DNA of 53,432 bases from assembly GCA_964550975.1 (NCBI GenBank), contig CAZKAY010000002.1, forward strand, positions 2,717 to 56,148. Direction: 5' to 3'. Below, piece by piece: positions 36,560-45,563 of the stretch (positions are counted from its first letter, which is position 1; each line of letters opens with the position of its first letter). This stretch comes from an uncultured Thermoproteales archaeon. Its GTDB lineage: Archaea; Thermoproteota; Thermoprotei; Thermofilales; B9-G17. The notes below the pieces were generated by a model that saw only the letters and a list, made by a program, of their open reading frames with translations, made no database searches and was not told the DNA's origin. The position numbers and the translations under genes were made by a program.

Positions 36560-37081
36560 ATGTCTAGGAAAAAGATACTTATTACTGGTCCTTTTGGAAG
36601 CGGTAAAACAACATTTGTAGAAAAGCTTTGTGGAAAAAATATTTTAAAAACAGATGTAAAATTAACTTTTCCTTTGAGGAATAAAAAAACTACTACTGTT
36701 GCATTTGATTTCGGTAAAACTATTAGAAATAAGAAAACAATATATGTATATGGTACGCCCGGGAAAAAGCGTTTCAATTTCATGATAGACGTATTGTCCA
36801 AAGGTATAGATGGATATATATTTTTATTAGATGAAAATGGTATAAAGAACCTCAGGGAGACAAAGGAACTATATGAAAAAGTTAGAAAAACGAATAAGCC
36901 TCATTTAATTGCATTTAACACTAACAATGTCAATTTAAATATAAGCATTTTTAAAAAGATAAAGAAGTCTATGAATACAAGTGCACCTATAATTCCATTC
37001 ACAGTATTGGATAAAAATTCTGTAGAAAATGTTTTTCAAAGACTTCTCGAAATCATAGATAAAGAATATCCTAAACCCTAG
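36560..37081 (+). CDS. Small P-loop GTPase-like protein (COG2229/MglA-like)
   Basis: G1 GPFGSGKTT, switch-I Thr run (KTTTVAFDFG), G3 YGTPGKKRF. The expected NKxD (G4) is replaced by FNTNN. The antisense ORF 36535-36801 was rejected. Confidence 0.7.
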   Translation: MSRKKILITGPFGSGKTTFVEKLCGKNILKTDVKLTFPLRNKKTTTVAFDFGKTIRNKKTIYVYGTPGKKRFNFMIDVLSKGIDGYIFLLDENGIKNLRETKELYEKVRKTNKPHLIAFNTNNVNLNISIFKKIKKSMNTSAPIIPFTVLDKNSVENVFQRLLEIIDKEYPKP

Positions 37082-38360
37082 AAACTATTTTCTTTAAATC
37101 CTCTAATCTAATTGTTTTCTGTATCCCTTCACTAAGATCTTTTATAGATATTAAATTCGTTTCAACTTCTCTTTTACCGACAATTATTATATATCTTATA
37201 CCCCTCTTATCAGCATTTTTTAATGCATCCCTAATACTTTTACTATAAAAATCTAATTCGCATGAAATACCATTTTCTCTAACATATTTTAATACCTTGA
37301 ACCCATATCCCTCCAACTCTTTATTCATGACATATATTTTTACTAAAGGTTTAGGAATACTCCATTTAATTATATTTTTTTCCTCCATATACATTGCTAT
37401 TCTATCAATACCCAATGCAAATCCCGTTGAAGGAATTGTAGGAGATCTATATAGCCCTATAAGCTCATCATATCTTCCACCACCGCCGAGTGAAAGTCTA
37501 CTCCATTTACCATTCTCACCAAATATCTCAAAGACTATTCCAGTATAATATTCTAATCCCCTAACTATAGAACAATCTAGATAGAAGTATTCTAGATATC
37601 CATATAGGTCTAATAGTTTACTTAGTTCTCCAAAAATGTTTGCTAGATTTGAATTATATTTCTTAATGAACTTTGGTGAATCCTTTAAAGATATAATTGT
37701 GCTAGAAAAATCATTGATTTCATCAGCTATATGTTTTAGGCTTATTTCTCCAAGCATACTGTAAAATTCCTCTGTACTAATCTTCTTCCTCTTATCGATT
37801 ATTCTTAAAACATTTGAAAAAAGATTTCTTGGCACACCTATTTTATTTAAAGCAGACTCAACAAGCCTTCTATCACAAACCATTATCTTAAAATTCTCTA
37901 TTCCAATAGATTTTATACATTCGGCTGCAAGTGCCATTATCTCTGCATCTGCATAAATTTTATCTGAACCGATAAACTCTACACCAAACTGCCAAAACTC
38001 ACGCCATCTACCAGCTTGAGGTTCATCGTATCTCCAAGACCTTCCAAAGTAACAATATTTTAAAGGTTTAGGGAGCTCAGGTCTACTTGCCACAGCCCTT
38101 GCAATAGGAACTGTGTAGTCAAACCTAAGACCTAAAGACCTTCCACCCTTATCCTTAAACCAGTATATTTCGTTAACGACATCCGGTCCAGCCTTTTTCT
38201 CAAGAATTGATAGACTTTCAATTACTGGAGCCTCTATAGGTATATATCCCCATAAAATTCCTATATCTATAAACTTTTCTCCAAGCCATCTTATGGCCGA
38301 CCATATTTCAGGCCAATAGTCTCGTAAACCTCTCGGAGGATTTAATGATGCAATATACAA
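37071..38360 (-). CDS. hisS: Histidyl-tRNA synthetase
   Basis: Class II motifs: PPRGLRDY, LRFDYTVPIARAV, YFGRSWRYDEPQAGRWREFWQFGVE, GGGGRYD, plus a C-terminal anticodon-binding domain. TTG start with a TATA-like box about 25 nt upstream, suggesting a leaderless transcript. Confidence 0.85.
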   Translation of the reverse strand: MYIASLNPPRGLRDYWPEIWSAIRWLGEKFIDIGILWGYIPIEAPVIESLSILEKKAGPDVVNEIYWFKDKGGRSLGLRFDYTVPIARAVASRPELPKPLKYCYFGRSWRYDEPQAGRWREFWQFGVEFIGSDKIYADAEIMALAAECIKSIGIENFKIMVCDRRLVESALNKIGVPRNLFSNVLRIIDKRKKISTEEFYSMLGEISLKHIADEINDFSSTIISLKDSPKFIKKYNSNLANIFGELSKLLDLYGYLEYFYLDCSIVRGLEYYTGIVFEIFGENGKWSRLSLGGGGRYDELIGLYRSPTIPSTGFALGIDRIAMYMEEKNIIKWSIPKPLVKIYVMNKELEGYGFKVLKYVRENGISCELDFYSKSIRDALKNADKRGIRYIIIVGKREVETNLISIKDLSEGIQKTIRLEDLKKIVSRV

Positions 38361-38420
38361 TCCCCTATCTATAAATTTAATTATAAATATTAAATAAGAT
38401 ATATATTAAAATAATTGGTA

Positions 38421-38852
38421 TTAAGCTATATGCAGACGCCCCTTACCAAATTCCTCTAACTTTAATATCTCCCTCTTCTTAAATCCTATAAATATTCCAC
38501 CCCACTTCCCTCCAACGTAAACCCATTCTCTAAGAACAGGCCTTAATATGCTAACTAACTCTGAACATTTTAACACAATTCTATCAACAACAAGCTCTAA
38601 ATCCTCTATATAAAATTTATTTCTAAGATATACTTTAAAGATATCATCTACTTGAAGTATGCCATATATATGTTTTTTGGGAGGAATTATTTTATTTAAT
38701 ATGGGGGATTCTATATCTAGATGCGTGATTCTCGCAAGAGAATAACCCTTTAAATGTAAATATACTTCTCCCTCTATCTTCACCAATTTCCTTTTATTTC
38801 CAATAAATATTTTTGTATCTAAGGGTATTTTACCTATACCTGGTCCTGTCAA
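38421..38852 (-). CDS. Hypothetical protein (no internal Met), translationally coupled to the ABC exporter
   Basis: 143-aa ORF whose only plausible start is a TTG overlapping the upstream TGA (TTGA). No recognisable motif. Confidence 0.4.
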   Translation of the reverse strand: MTGPGIGKIPLDTKIFIGNKRKLVKIEGEVYLHLKGYSLARITHLDIESPILNKIIPPKKHIYGILQVDDIFKVYLRNKFYIEDLELVVDRIVLKCSELVSILRPVLREWVYVGGKWGGIFIGFKKREILKLEEFGKGRLHIA

Positions 38853-40660
38853 CCACTAACAGCCTCGATCATACTTTTACCAAGTTGTTCATAATATAGT
38901 TTTGCGTATAGTCCCCTTTTCTTTAATAGCTCCTCATGAGTACCCTCCTCAACAACCCTACCATCACTAAGAACAACAATCCTATCAGCAAGCCTAACAG
39001 TAGATAGACGATGAGCAATAATTATACATGTCTTATCTTTAATCATTTTTTCCAATGCATTCTGAATAAGTTTTTCGGTATACGGGTCTACGCTACTTGT
39101 CGCTTCATCAAGTACAAGTATTTTAGGATTAGACAATAATGCTCTTGCAAATGCTATTAACTGTCTTTGACCTGCAGAAAGATTTTTACCTCCCTCCAAT
39201 ACACTTGTATTATATCCATTGGGAAGCGATTCTATAAATTCCTCTATACCAAGCTCCTTTACAACTCTTTTAACCTCATCTATACTTGCACTTGGATCTC
39301 CTATCCTGATATTCTCTAATACAGTTCCTTTAAATAAATAGTCCTCTTGTAAAACTAAACCTATATGAGATCTAAGCGAACTAAGCTTAATATTCCTAAT
39401 ATCTATATTATCTAAAAGTATTGCTCCACCATTTATTTCATGGAATCTGAACAATAGCTTGATTAGCGACGTTTTTCCAGCACCTGTAGGTCCAACTATC
39501 GCTATTGTTTCACCAGGATTTATACTTAAATTAAAGTCTTTAAACAAGAGTGTCTCACTATCATAGCTAAAATATACATGTCTATACTCTATTTTACCCT
39601 TAACTTTATCTAATTCGATTGCATTAGGCCTATCCCTTTCAATATCTTCGTGAAGGAATTCATAGATTCTTTCAGATGCAGCTAGTGCAGATTGAATTGT
39701 ATTGTAAAACATTGTAAGTGAAATTACTGGGCCGAAAAATCTCTCAGTATATGCATAGAAGGCTATCAATGTACCGATAGTCAACCTATTATTTAATATC
39801 ATCATACCTCCATACCATAGTAGCAAGGCTATACCTCCAGCTCTAATTAAATTCATTATAGGTGAGATGGATGAGAAAAGCTTATTTGCCTCCATGGAAG
39901 CTCGTAAATACTCTCTATTAGTTTCCTCAAATTTCTGTATATCTATTTTCCTTCTCCTTACAAATGCCTGTGAAACCTTTGCTCCAGAAACAGTTTGTTC
40001 AATTGATGTAGTTACCTTAGCTATCTTCTCCCTAGTCTTCTTATACGCTCTACGAGTCCATCTTGAAAAAATATAGGATGTTAATACTATTAATGGAATT
40101 ATTGTTAGACTTATAAGTGTAAGCTCAACATTCATCTCATACATTATAATTATGCTTCCAGAAATAGATAATACATTTATAAATGTACTTATTGCACCAG
40201 ATGTTATTATATCTGAAACAGCATCAACATCATTTATTATTCTCGAAATTATTGCTCCGGTTTCATTTTTCTTAAAATACTCAAGTCTAAGTCGAAGTAA
40301 ATGTCTATACATTTTACATCTCATACTATAAAGTATACCTTGACCAACCTTCGCCAAATAATATGTATTCAACGAACTAGATAGAAAGTTTATCACAGCT
40401 ATTAGGATGAATATAGCTAGGATAAATATGAAACCATTATAATTTTTATTAACAATATATTCATCGATCAATATTTTCGTTAAATATGGTGTAGCAAGTC
40501 CTGTAGCTAAATTTATTAGAGATAAAAGTATCAGAAATATTATCGAATATTTATATGGCGTTATGAATTTTAACAGAAACTTTATTAACTCTTTTTCAGG
40601 TATCATTTTTCTAGTCTTGGTCTCCTCATACTCAAGATATCTTCTAAAATGCCAACCCAT
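38849..40660 (-). CDS. ABC exporter half-transporter (TMD-NBD fusion, MDR/lipid-exporter type)
   Basis: Six-TM N-terminal domain, Walker A GPTGAGKTS, signature LSAGQRQ, Walker B LVLDEATSSVD. TAATG overlap with the upstream paralogue. Confidence 0.9.
   Translation of the reverse strand: MGWHFRRYLEYEETKTRKMIPEKELIKFLLKFITPYKYSIIFLILLSLINLATGLATPYLTKILIDEYIVNKNYNGFIFILAIFILIAVINFLSSSLNTYYLAKVGQGILYSMRCKMYRHLLRLRLEYFKKNETGAIISRIINDVDAVSDIITSGAISTFINVLSISGSIIIMYEMNVELTLISLTIIPLIVLTSYIFSRWTRRAYKKTREKIAKVTTSIEQTVSGAKVSQAFVRRRKIDIQKFEETNREYLRASMEANKLFSSISPIMNLIRAGGIALLLWYGGMMILNNRLTIGTLIAFYAYTERFFGPVISLTMFYNTIQSALAASERIYEFLHEDIERDRPNAIELDKVKGKIEYRHVYFSYDSETLLFKDFNLSINPGETIAIVGPTGAGKTSLIKLLFRFHEINGGAILLDNIDIRNIKLSSLRSHIGLVLQEDYLFKGTVLENIRIGDPSASIDEVKRVVKELGIEEFIESLPNGYNTSVLEGGKNLSAGQRQLIAFARALLSNPKILVLDEATSSVDPYTEKLIQNALEKMIKDKTCIIIAHRLSTVRLADRIVVLSDGRVVEEGTHEELLKKRGLYAKLYYEQLGKSMIEAVSG
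38894..39005 (-). repeat. 112-bp perfect repeat, copy 1 (3' end of ABC exporter gene)
   Basis: Base-for-base identical to 40690-40801 at a constant offset of 1796 nt. Mismatches occur immediately outside both ends. Confidence 0.9.
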
Positions 40661-42447
40661 TATCCCCCACCCTCCTTAAACCAAGACATATATAGTTTTG
40701 CGTATAGTCCCCTTTTCTTTAATAGCTCCTCATGAGTACCCTCCTCAACAACCCTACCATCACTAAGAACAACAATCCTATCAGCAAGCCTAACAGTAGA
40801 TGGTCTTTGAGTAATGATTATTACAGTCCTATCTTTAAATAGTTTTTTTAATGCATCTCCTATAACTCTCTCTGTTTCAGCATCAAGATATGATGTTGAA
40901 TCATCTAATATAATTATTTTGGGATTTATAAGTAGAGCTCTAGCTATAGCTATCCTCTGCTTCTGTCCACCCGAAAGCCTAATACCTCTCTCTCCTATAA
41001 TAGTGTTATATCCCTTAGGTAATGATACTATAAAATCGTGTATTCCGGCGGCCTTTGCAGCTGCAATTATCTCATCCATACTGGCATTCGGCTTACCATA
41101 TGCAATATTATCTTTAATTGTTCCCGGGAATAGAAATATATCTTGATGTACAAGACCAATATGTTTTCTAAGCGATCTAATCTTTATATCTCTAAGATCG
41201 ATTCCGTCCACGAGTATTCTACCCTTTATTGGATCATAGAATCTAGGTATAAGTTTTATTAAAGTACTTTTACCGGAACCAGTTGGACCAACTATTGCGA
41301 CTCTTTCTCCAGGTTTTATTTCAAGATTAAGGTTTTTAAGAATAGGCTTACTACTATCGTATCCGAATACAACGTTCTCAAACTTTATATATCCTTCGAC
41401 TTTCTTCAGTTTGATAGCATTTGGTTTCTCTTTTACTTCAGGTTCCATATCTATTATTTCAAAAAATCTTTCAGCAGCTATTATAGCATACTGAGACATG
41501 ACTGTTATGAATCCAAGTCGAACTATAGGCCATACAAGCATTCCAAGATAAACTGTAAACGCTACTAAATCTCCTAGTTCAAAGGTTTTTCCCGAATAAT
41601 TTAATGGAGTCTGCATAACTTTTAATCCACCATACCAGTAAACAAATACCGATATCAATGAAACTATTAGTGTTAACAATGGCCACGTATATGCTCTAAG
41701 CTTAGCTACATTTAGCTCAATATTATATCTTTTTAAATTAATTTTCAGAAAATTGTTATAAGAGAAATTCTCTAAATTATATGCTTTAATAACTCTTATA
41801 CCGAGTATACCCTCTCTTGAATTACTTGCAATTTCGCCTACAAGTTGACGGGACTCCATAACGAGTGGTCTAGACTTTTTTGCATAAAGATATGTTACTA
41901 TAAAAATTATTGGTGTAATACTTAGACTAAATAAAGTTAGCTCAACATTAAGTGAAAAAAGTATCATAAATACCGAAGAAAATGTAAGTATGGATGATAA
42001 TAATCCCGTTAACCCAAATCCTAAGAACCTTCTAACCCTGTCAATATCACTTGTAGCTCTAGAAATTATTTGCCCAGTATCTATTTTTTCAAAAAAGCCG
42101 TAGGAAAGTTCATGAAGTTTTCTATATAAGTCATTTCTAATATTAAAGATTGTTAACTGGGAAACATATTGTGTATAATATCTTCTACCAAATCCAGCAA
42201 ATCCTCCAAATCCGCTAATAATTAAAATAAGAAGAGAATATAGCCATAAATTTTCCAGAAAAATCTCCACTCTGCCAGTTTGCCTCGCCTTAATTAATCC
42301 ATTTATGATAAATCTAGCTACATATGGTGTTATAACATCTGCCAGAGTAGCTAGAATCATAAATGTAATTGCGATAAACCATATCCTCTTATATCTGAAG
42401 CTATACTTAAAAATCCTCCAAAGATAGGATAATCCCTTCATCTCCAT
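40660..42447 (-). CDS. ABC exporter half-transporter (TMD-NBD fusion), partner of 38849-40660
   Basis: Six-TM domain, Walker A GPTGSGKST, signature LSGGQKQR, Walker B IILDDSTSYLD. It starts 4 nt after the ArsR-like gene's stop. Confidence 0.9.
   Translation of the reverse strand: MEMKGLSYLWRIFKYSFRYKRIWFIAITFMILATLADVITPYVARFIINGLIKARQTGRVEIFLENLWLYSLLILIISGFGGFAGFGRRYYTQYVSQLTIFNIRNDLYRKLHELSYGFFEKIDTGQIISRATSDIDRVRRFLGFGLTGLLSSILTFSSVFMILFSLNVELTLFSLSITPIIFIVTYLYAKKSRPLVMESRQLVGEIASNSREGILGIRVIKAYNLENFSYNNFLKINLKRYNIELNVAKLRAYTWPLLTLIVSLISVFVYWYGGLKVMQTPLNYSGKTFELGDLVAFTVYLGMLVWPIVRLGFITVMSQYAIIAAERFFEIIDMEPEVKEKPNAIKLKKVEGYIKFENVVFGYDSSKPILKNLNLEIKPGERVAIVGPTGSGKSTLIKLIPRFYDPIKGRILVDGIDLRDIKIRSLRKHIGLVHQDIFLFPGTIKDNIAYGKPNASMDEIIAAAKAAGIHDFIVSLPKGYNTIIGERGIRLSGGQKQRIAIARALLINPKIIILDDSTSYLDAETERVIGDALKKLFKDRTVIIITQRPSTVRLADRIVVLSDGRVVEEGTHEELLKKRGLYAKLYMSWFKEGGG
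40690..40801 (-). repeat. 112-bp perfect repeat, copy 2 (3' end of ABC exporter gene)
   Basis: Identical to 38894-39005. Both copies encode STVRLADRIVVLSDGRVVEEGTHEELLKKRGLYAKLY. Confidence 0.9.
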
Positions 42448-42451
42448 CCCC

Positions 42452-42832
42452 TTATTCTACAAACACTTCTCCAGTAACTAGATTTATTCCAATCCGTTTA
42501 ACTTTTAGACGCCATGTTTTTTCAGGAGCCCCACCATTACCCTCCCTATATCCAGCCATCTCAATTATACCAAGCTCTCTCAGACTTGAAAGATGATAAT
42601 AGAGAACTGATCGAGGAATAGATAACCCTCTTTTCCGAAGCTCCTCATATATTTCATTCGTACTCTTTACATCGTCACCTAATATATTTATAATACTTCT
42701 TCTAGGCTCTGATAGGGCAAATCTAGCTCTTATCAGAAAATCTCTTATCGGACCTCTTCTATGCCTATGTATATGCCAATACATGTATCGTGAAGATAAG
42801 GGTATATAAGTCCATTCTTCAAACATATGCAT
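42452..42832 (-). CDS. ArsR-like winged-helix transcriptional regulator
   Basis: 126 aa. The HTH region is RRSIINILGDDVKSTNEIYEELRKRGLSIPRSVLYYHLSSLRELGIIE. The N-terminal extension is His/Arg-rich (WHIHRHRRGP). Confidence 0.7.
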   Translation of the reverse strand: MHMFEEWTYIPLSSRYMYWHIHRHRRGPIRDFLIRARFALSEPRRSIINILGDDVKSTNEIYEELRKRGLSIPRSVLYYHLSSLRELGIIEMAGYREGNGGAPEKTWRLKVKRIGINLVTGEVFVE

Positions 42833-42837
42833 CGTTA

Positions 42838-42883
42838 TTGTAATATTACAGACATATATATAAATATATTTGTAATATTACAA
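42838..42883 (-). promoter_or_regulatory. Promoter with two palindromic candidate operators flanking a TATA-like box
   Basis: TGTAATATTACA occurs at 42839-42850 and 42871-42882. The second copy extends to the 14-bp palindrome TTGTAATATTACAA at 42870-42883. The spacer on the coding strand contains TTTATATATA centred about 26 nt upstream of ATG 42832. Confidence 0.55.
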
Positions 42884-42910
42884 TTTTTCTATATGGTATT
42901 TTAGAAGATA

Positions 42911-44005
42911 TTATTCAATATATTTTATATATCCTCCGTATTTAGCCCATATATTACATGTACCTTCACTTGAAACCATACATGCTCCATATGGTGTCTG
43001 CGGCGTACATCTTTTCATAAATAGAGGACAGTCTGTGGGTTTAGCTATTCCTAAAACAACCTCTCCACACTTACATCCAGGTCTAAGATCAATTCCTTCT
43101 CCAACGTTTATACTATAAAATCTTCTTGCATCTAGATAACTATATTTTTTTCTAAGCATTAATCTACTTTTAGGCAATATCCCTATACCTCTCCATAATC
43201 CATCGACTTTTTTGAAAGCCTCCAAAATATATTTTTTAGCCACAAGATTCCCGTTTAAAGATACCACTCTACTATATTCATTTACAAGCCTAATCTTATT
43301 TTCCACTAATTGTTTTAATATAATATATACCGCTAGCAATACATCTATTGGTTCAAATCCGGCTACAACTACTGGTATATTATATTTCTCTGAGACAAAC
43401 CTCCAGGCATATGCCCCGGTTATCGTTGAAACATGCCCTGGAGCGATCACACCTTTTATCACAATATCATCTCTATCTAATACGTATTTTAATGCTGGGA
43501 CAGTCAATCTATATGAAACTAAAAGCCTCAAATTCTCTGGAATATCTTTCTCAACTATATGAGATGCAACTGTCGGGACAGTCGTCTCAAATCCCACTGC
43601 AAAGAATATAGATTCAACACCATCTTTTCTAGCCCTATCCAATACATCATAGAAACCATATATAACTTCAACATTTCCCCCTAGACTACGGGCTTCAGCT
43701 AGACTATATTTGGATCCAGGAACCTTATACATATCTCCATAAGTATATACTTTTATACCTTTTAGACTTAATTCTATCGCTTCATCTATCTCCTTGGCTG
43801 GAACAATACATACAGGACACCCAGGTCCAGCTACAAGTTCGACATTATCTGGCAGTAAGGTTCTCAAACCATAATAGGTAATTGTATGCTCATGTGTACC
43901 ACATACATGCATAATTTTAATTTCTTCGTCAAATTTACTTGAAAGAAAACTTATTTTATCGGCGATCTTTCGTGCAATATTCTTAGATCGGAAAATTTTT
44001 TTCAT
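42911..44005 (-). CDS. hypD: [NiFe]-hydrogenase maturation protein HypD
   Basis: MHVCGTHEH, GPGCPVCI, GFETT, PGHVS, and a C-terminal Cys cluster (CKCGEV ... CPLF ... C). Confidence 0.9.
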   Translation of the reverse strand: MKKIFRSKNIARKIADKISFLSSKFDEEIKIMHVCGTHEHTITYYGLRTLLPDNVELVAGPGCPVCIVPAKEIDEAIELSLKGIKVYTYGDMYKVPGSKYSLAEARSLGGNVEVIYGFYDVLDRARKDGVESIFFAVGFETTVPTVASHIVEKDIPENLRLLVSYRLTVPALKYVLDRDDIVIKGVIAPGHVSTITGAYAWRFVSEKYNIPVVVAGFEPIDVLLAVYIILKQLVENKIRLVNEYSRVVSLNGNLVAKKYILEAFKKVDGLWRGIGILPKSRLMLRKKYSYLDARRFYSINVGEGIDLRPGCKCGEVVLGIAKPTDCPLFMKRCTPQTPYGACMVSSEGTCNIWAKYGGYIKYIE

Positions 44006-44014
44006 GAAATCTAC

Positions 44015-45049
44015 CTAACATATTCTTGGAACTATTTCACCCATAGGTCTCTCAACAATCCTTAATCCACCCGCAACTGTCTCCATTAAAACTAATCCTT
44101 CTCTCTCACTTCTAGCTTCACCTATAATACGTGCATCTTTAAATCCGCTTCTATGAAGTTCCCTAACAATTATATCAGCAATTTCTCCATCGACTCCTAG
44201 TACAACTCTACCTTCACATGCCAATATGAGGGGATCTATTCCAAGTATTTCTGAATAAGATTGTACTTCTTCACGTATAGGTATAAGATCCTCACGTAAA
44301 AATATGCCTAACTTATTTTTTATAGCAAATTCATTTAATGTTTGGGCTAATCCTCCACGTGTAGGATCCTTTGCAACATGCACCCCACCATTTTTTAAGG
44401 CTATATCCATGACTTTTACAACTGATTGTATATCGGATTTTAAACCGCTTTCCTCTATCTCTACACCCATCTGCATCGCAAGAATTGTTATCCCATGTTC
44501 ACCTATAGTTCCAGAGACAATTATCTTATCTCCAGGCTTTAACCCATAGTCTGTTACAATTTTGTCAGCTAATCCTATACATGTAGTTGATATAACTATT
44601 TTATCTATCTTATCTTTAGGCATTACCTTTAGATCTCCACCTATAAGTGCAACATTCTCACTTTCCAATGTATTTTTCATCGAATCAACTATTTTCTCAA
44701 GGGTATTTAATGGAAAACCTTCTTCTACAACTATTGTATCAAGCATTCCAATGGGTCTTCCACCCATTACAGCTACATCATTTATAGATCCTGTTACAGC
44801 AAGTGTACCTATATTTCCTCCAGGAAAGAATATGGGGTTTACAGTATAACTGTCACTTGAAACTATTAAACTATATTTAGAAATATTTTTTAATGGTATC
44901 GTTGCACCATCATCCATTTCTTTTAAACCGATTCCATTGAAGATAGATATCTTTTTAAATCTCTTAGAGAAAAGATATTGAATTAACTCGCCGCTCTCCC
45001 TTCCACCAGCACCATGGGCAAGTGTAATCTTATCTATATTTCTAATCAT
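44015..45049 (-). CDS. hypE: [NiFe]-hydrogenase maturation protein HypE
   Basis: ITLAHGAGG N-terminal motif, a PurM-like fold pattern, and the diagnostic C-terminal PRIC. ATG 45049 is preferred over GTG 45061. Confidence 0.9.
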   Translation of the reverse strand: MIRNIDKITLAHGAGGRESGELIQYLFSKRFKKISIFNGIGLKEMDDGATIPLKNISKYSLIVSSDSYTVNPIFFPGGNIGTLAVTGSINDVAVMGGRPIGMLDTIVVEEGFPLNTLEKIVDSMKNTLESENVALIGGDLKVMPKDKIDKIVISTTCIGLADKIVTDYGLKPGDKIIVSGTIGEHGITILAMQMGVEIEESGLKSDIQSVVKVMDIALKNGGVHVAKDPTRGGLAQTLNEFAIKNKLGIFLREDLIPIREEVQSYSEILGIDPLILACEGRVVLGVDGEIADIIVRELHRSGFKDARIIGEARSEREGLVLMETVAGGLRIVERPMGEIVPRIC

Positions 45050-45089
45050 CACTACTACCACTATATAGATTAAAAAAAGATAAATAAAT

Positions 45090-45482
45090 TTAAAGTACCT
45101 TTCTAATAATATCTTTTTCAGTAATTATTCCTATAAGCCTACCTCCCCTTACAACTGGAAGCCTTCTAATATCCTTTTCCTTCATTAATACAAATGCCTT
45201 TTCAATAGGTGTATCGGCCTCAACAGTTACTAATGGTGTAGTCATAATATCCTGACAAATGGTTTTTCGTGGATCAAGACCCTCTAAAATAACCTTCCTT
45301 AAAACATCTCTCTCGGTAATCATGCCTGCAGGCATCCCACCACTTATAACCACAACGGCACCAATATCATGTGTAATCATCTTATTTACAGCCGAGATAA
45401 CTGGGTCAGAGAAGAGAACAGTAACGACAGGGGAAGTCATAATATCTTTGACCAAAAGTTTTTTAGACAAACTATTCCCCAT
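45090..45482 (-). CDS. CBS-domain pair protein
   Basis: 130 aa with two CBS repeats (VKDIMTSPVVTV ... GMITERDVLRKV; QDIMTTPLVTV ... GIITEKDIIRKV). Confidence 0.8.
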   Translation of the reverse strand: MGNSLSKKLLVKDIMTSPVVTVLFSDPVISAVNKMITHDIGAVVVISGGMPAGMITERDVLRKVILEGLDPRKTICQDIMTTPLVTVEADTPIEKAFVLMKEKDIRRLPVVRGGRLIGIITEKDIIRKVL

Positions 45483-45563
45483 GTATATAATAGTTAAATT
45501 AAAATATAAATCTACTTATACTTTCAGATAAATTTAATTAACAAAGTAACTATATAAATTATT

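Noticed and set aside
36535-36801. 88-aa minus-strand ORF overlapping the start of the GTPase-like gene
   Set aside because: The plus-strand frame carries P-loop and G3 motifs. The minus-strand product has no motif and the typical antisense composition.
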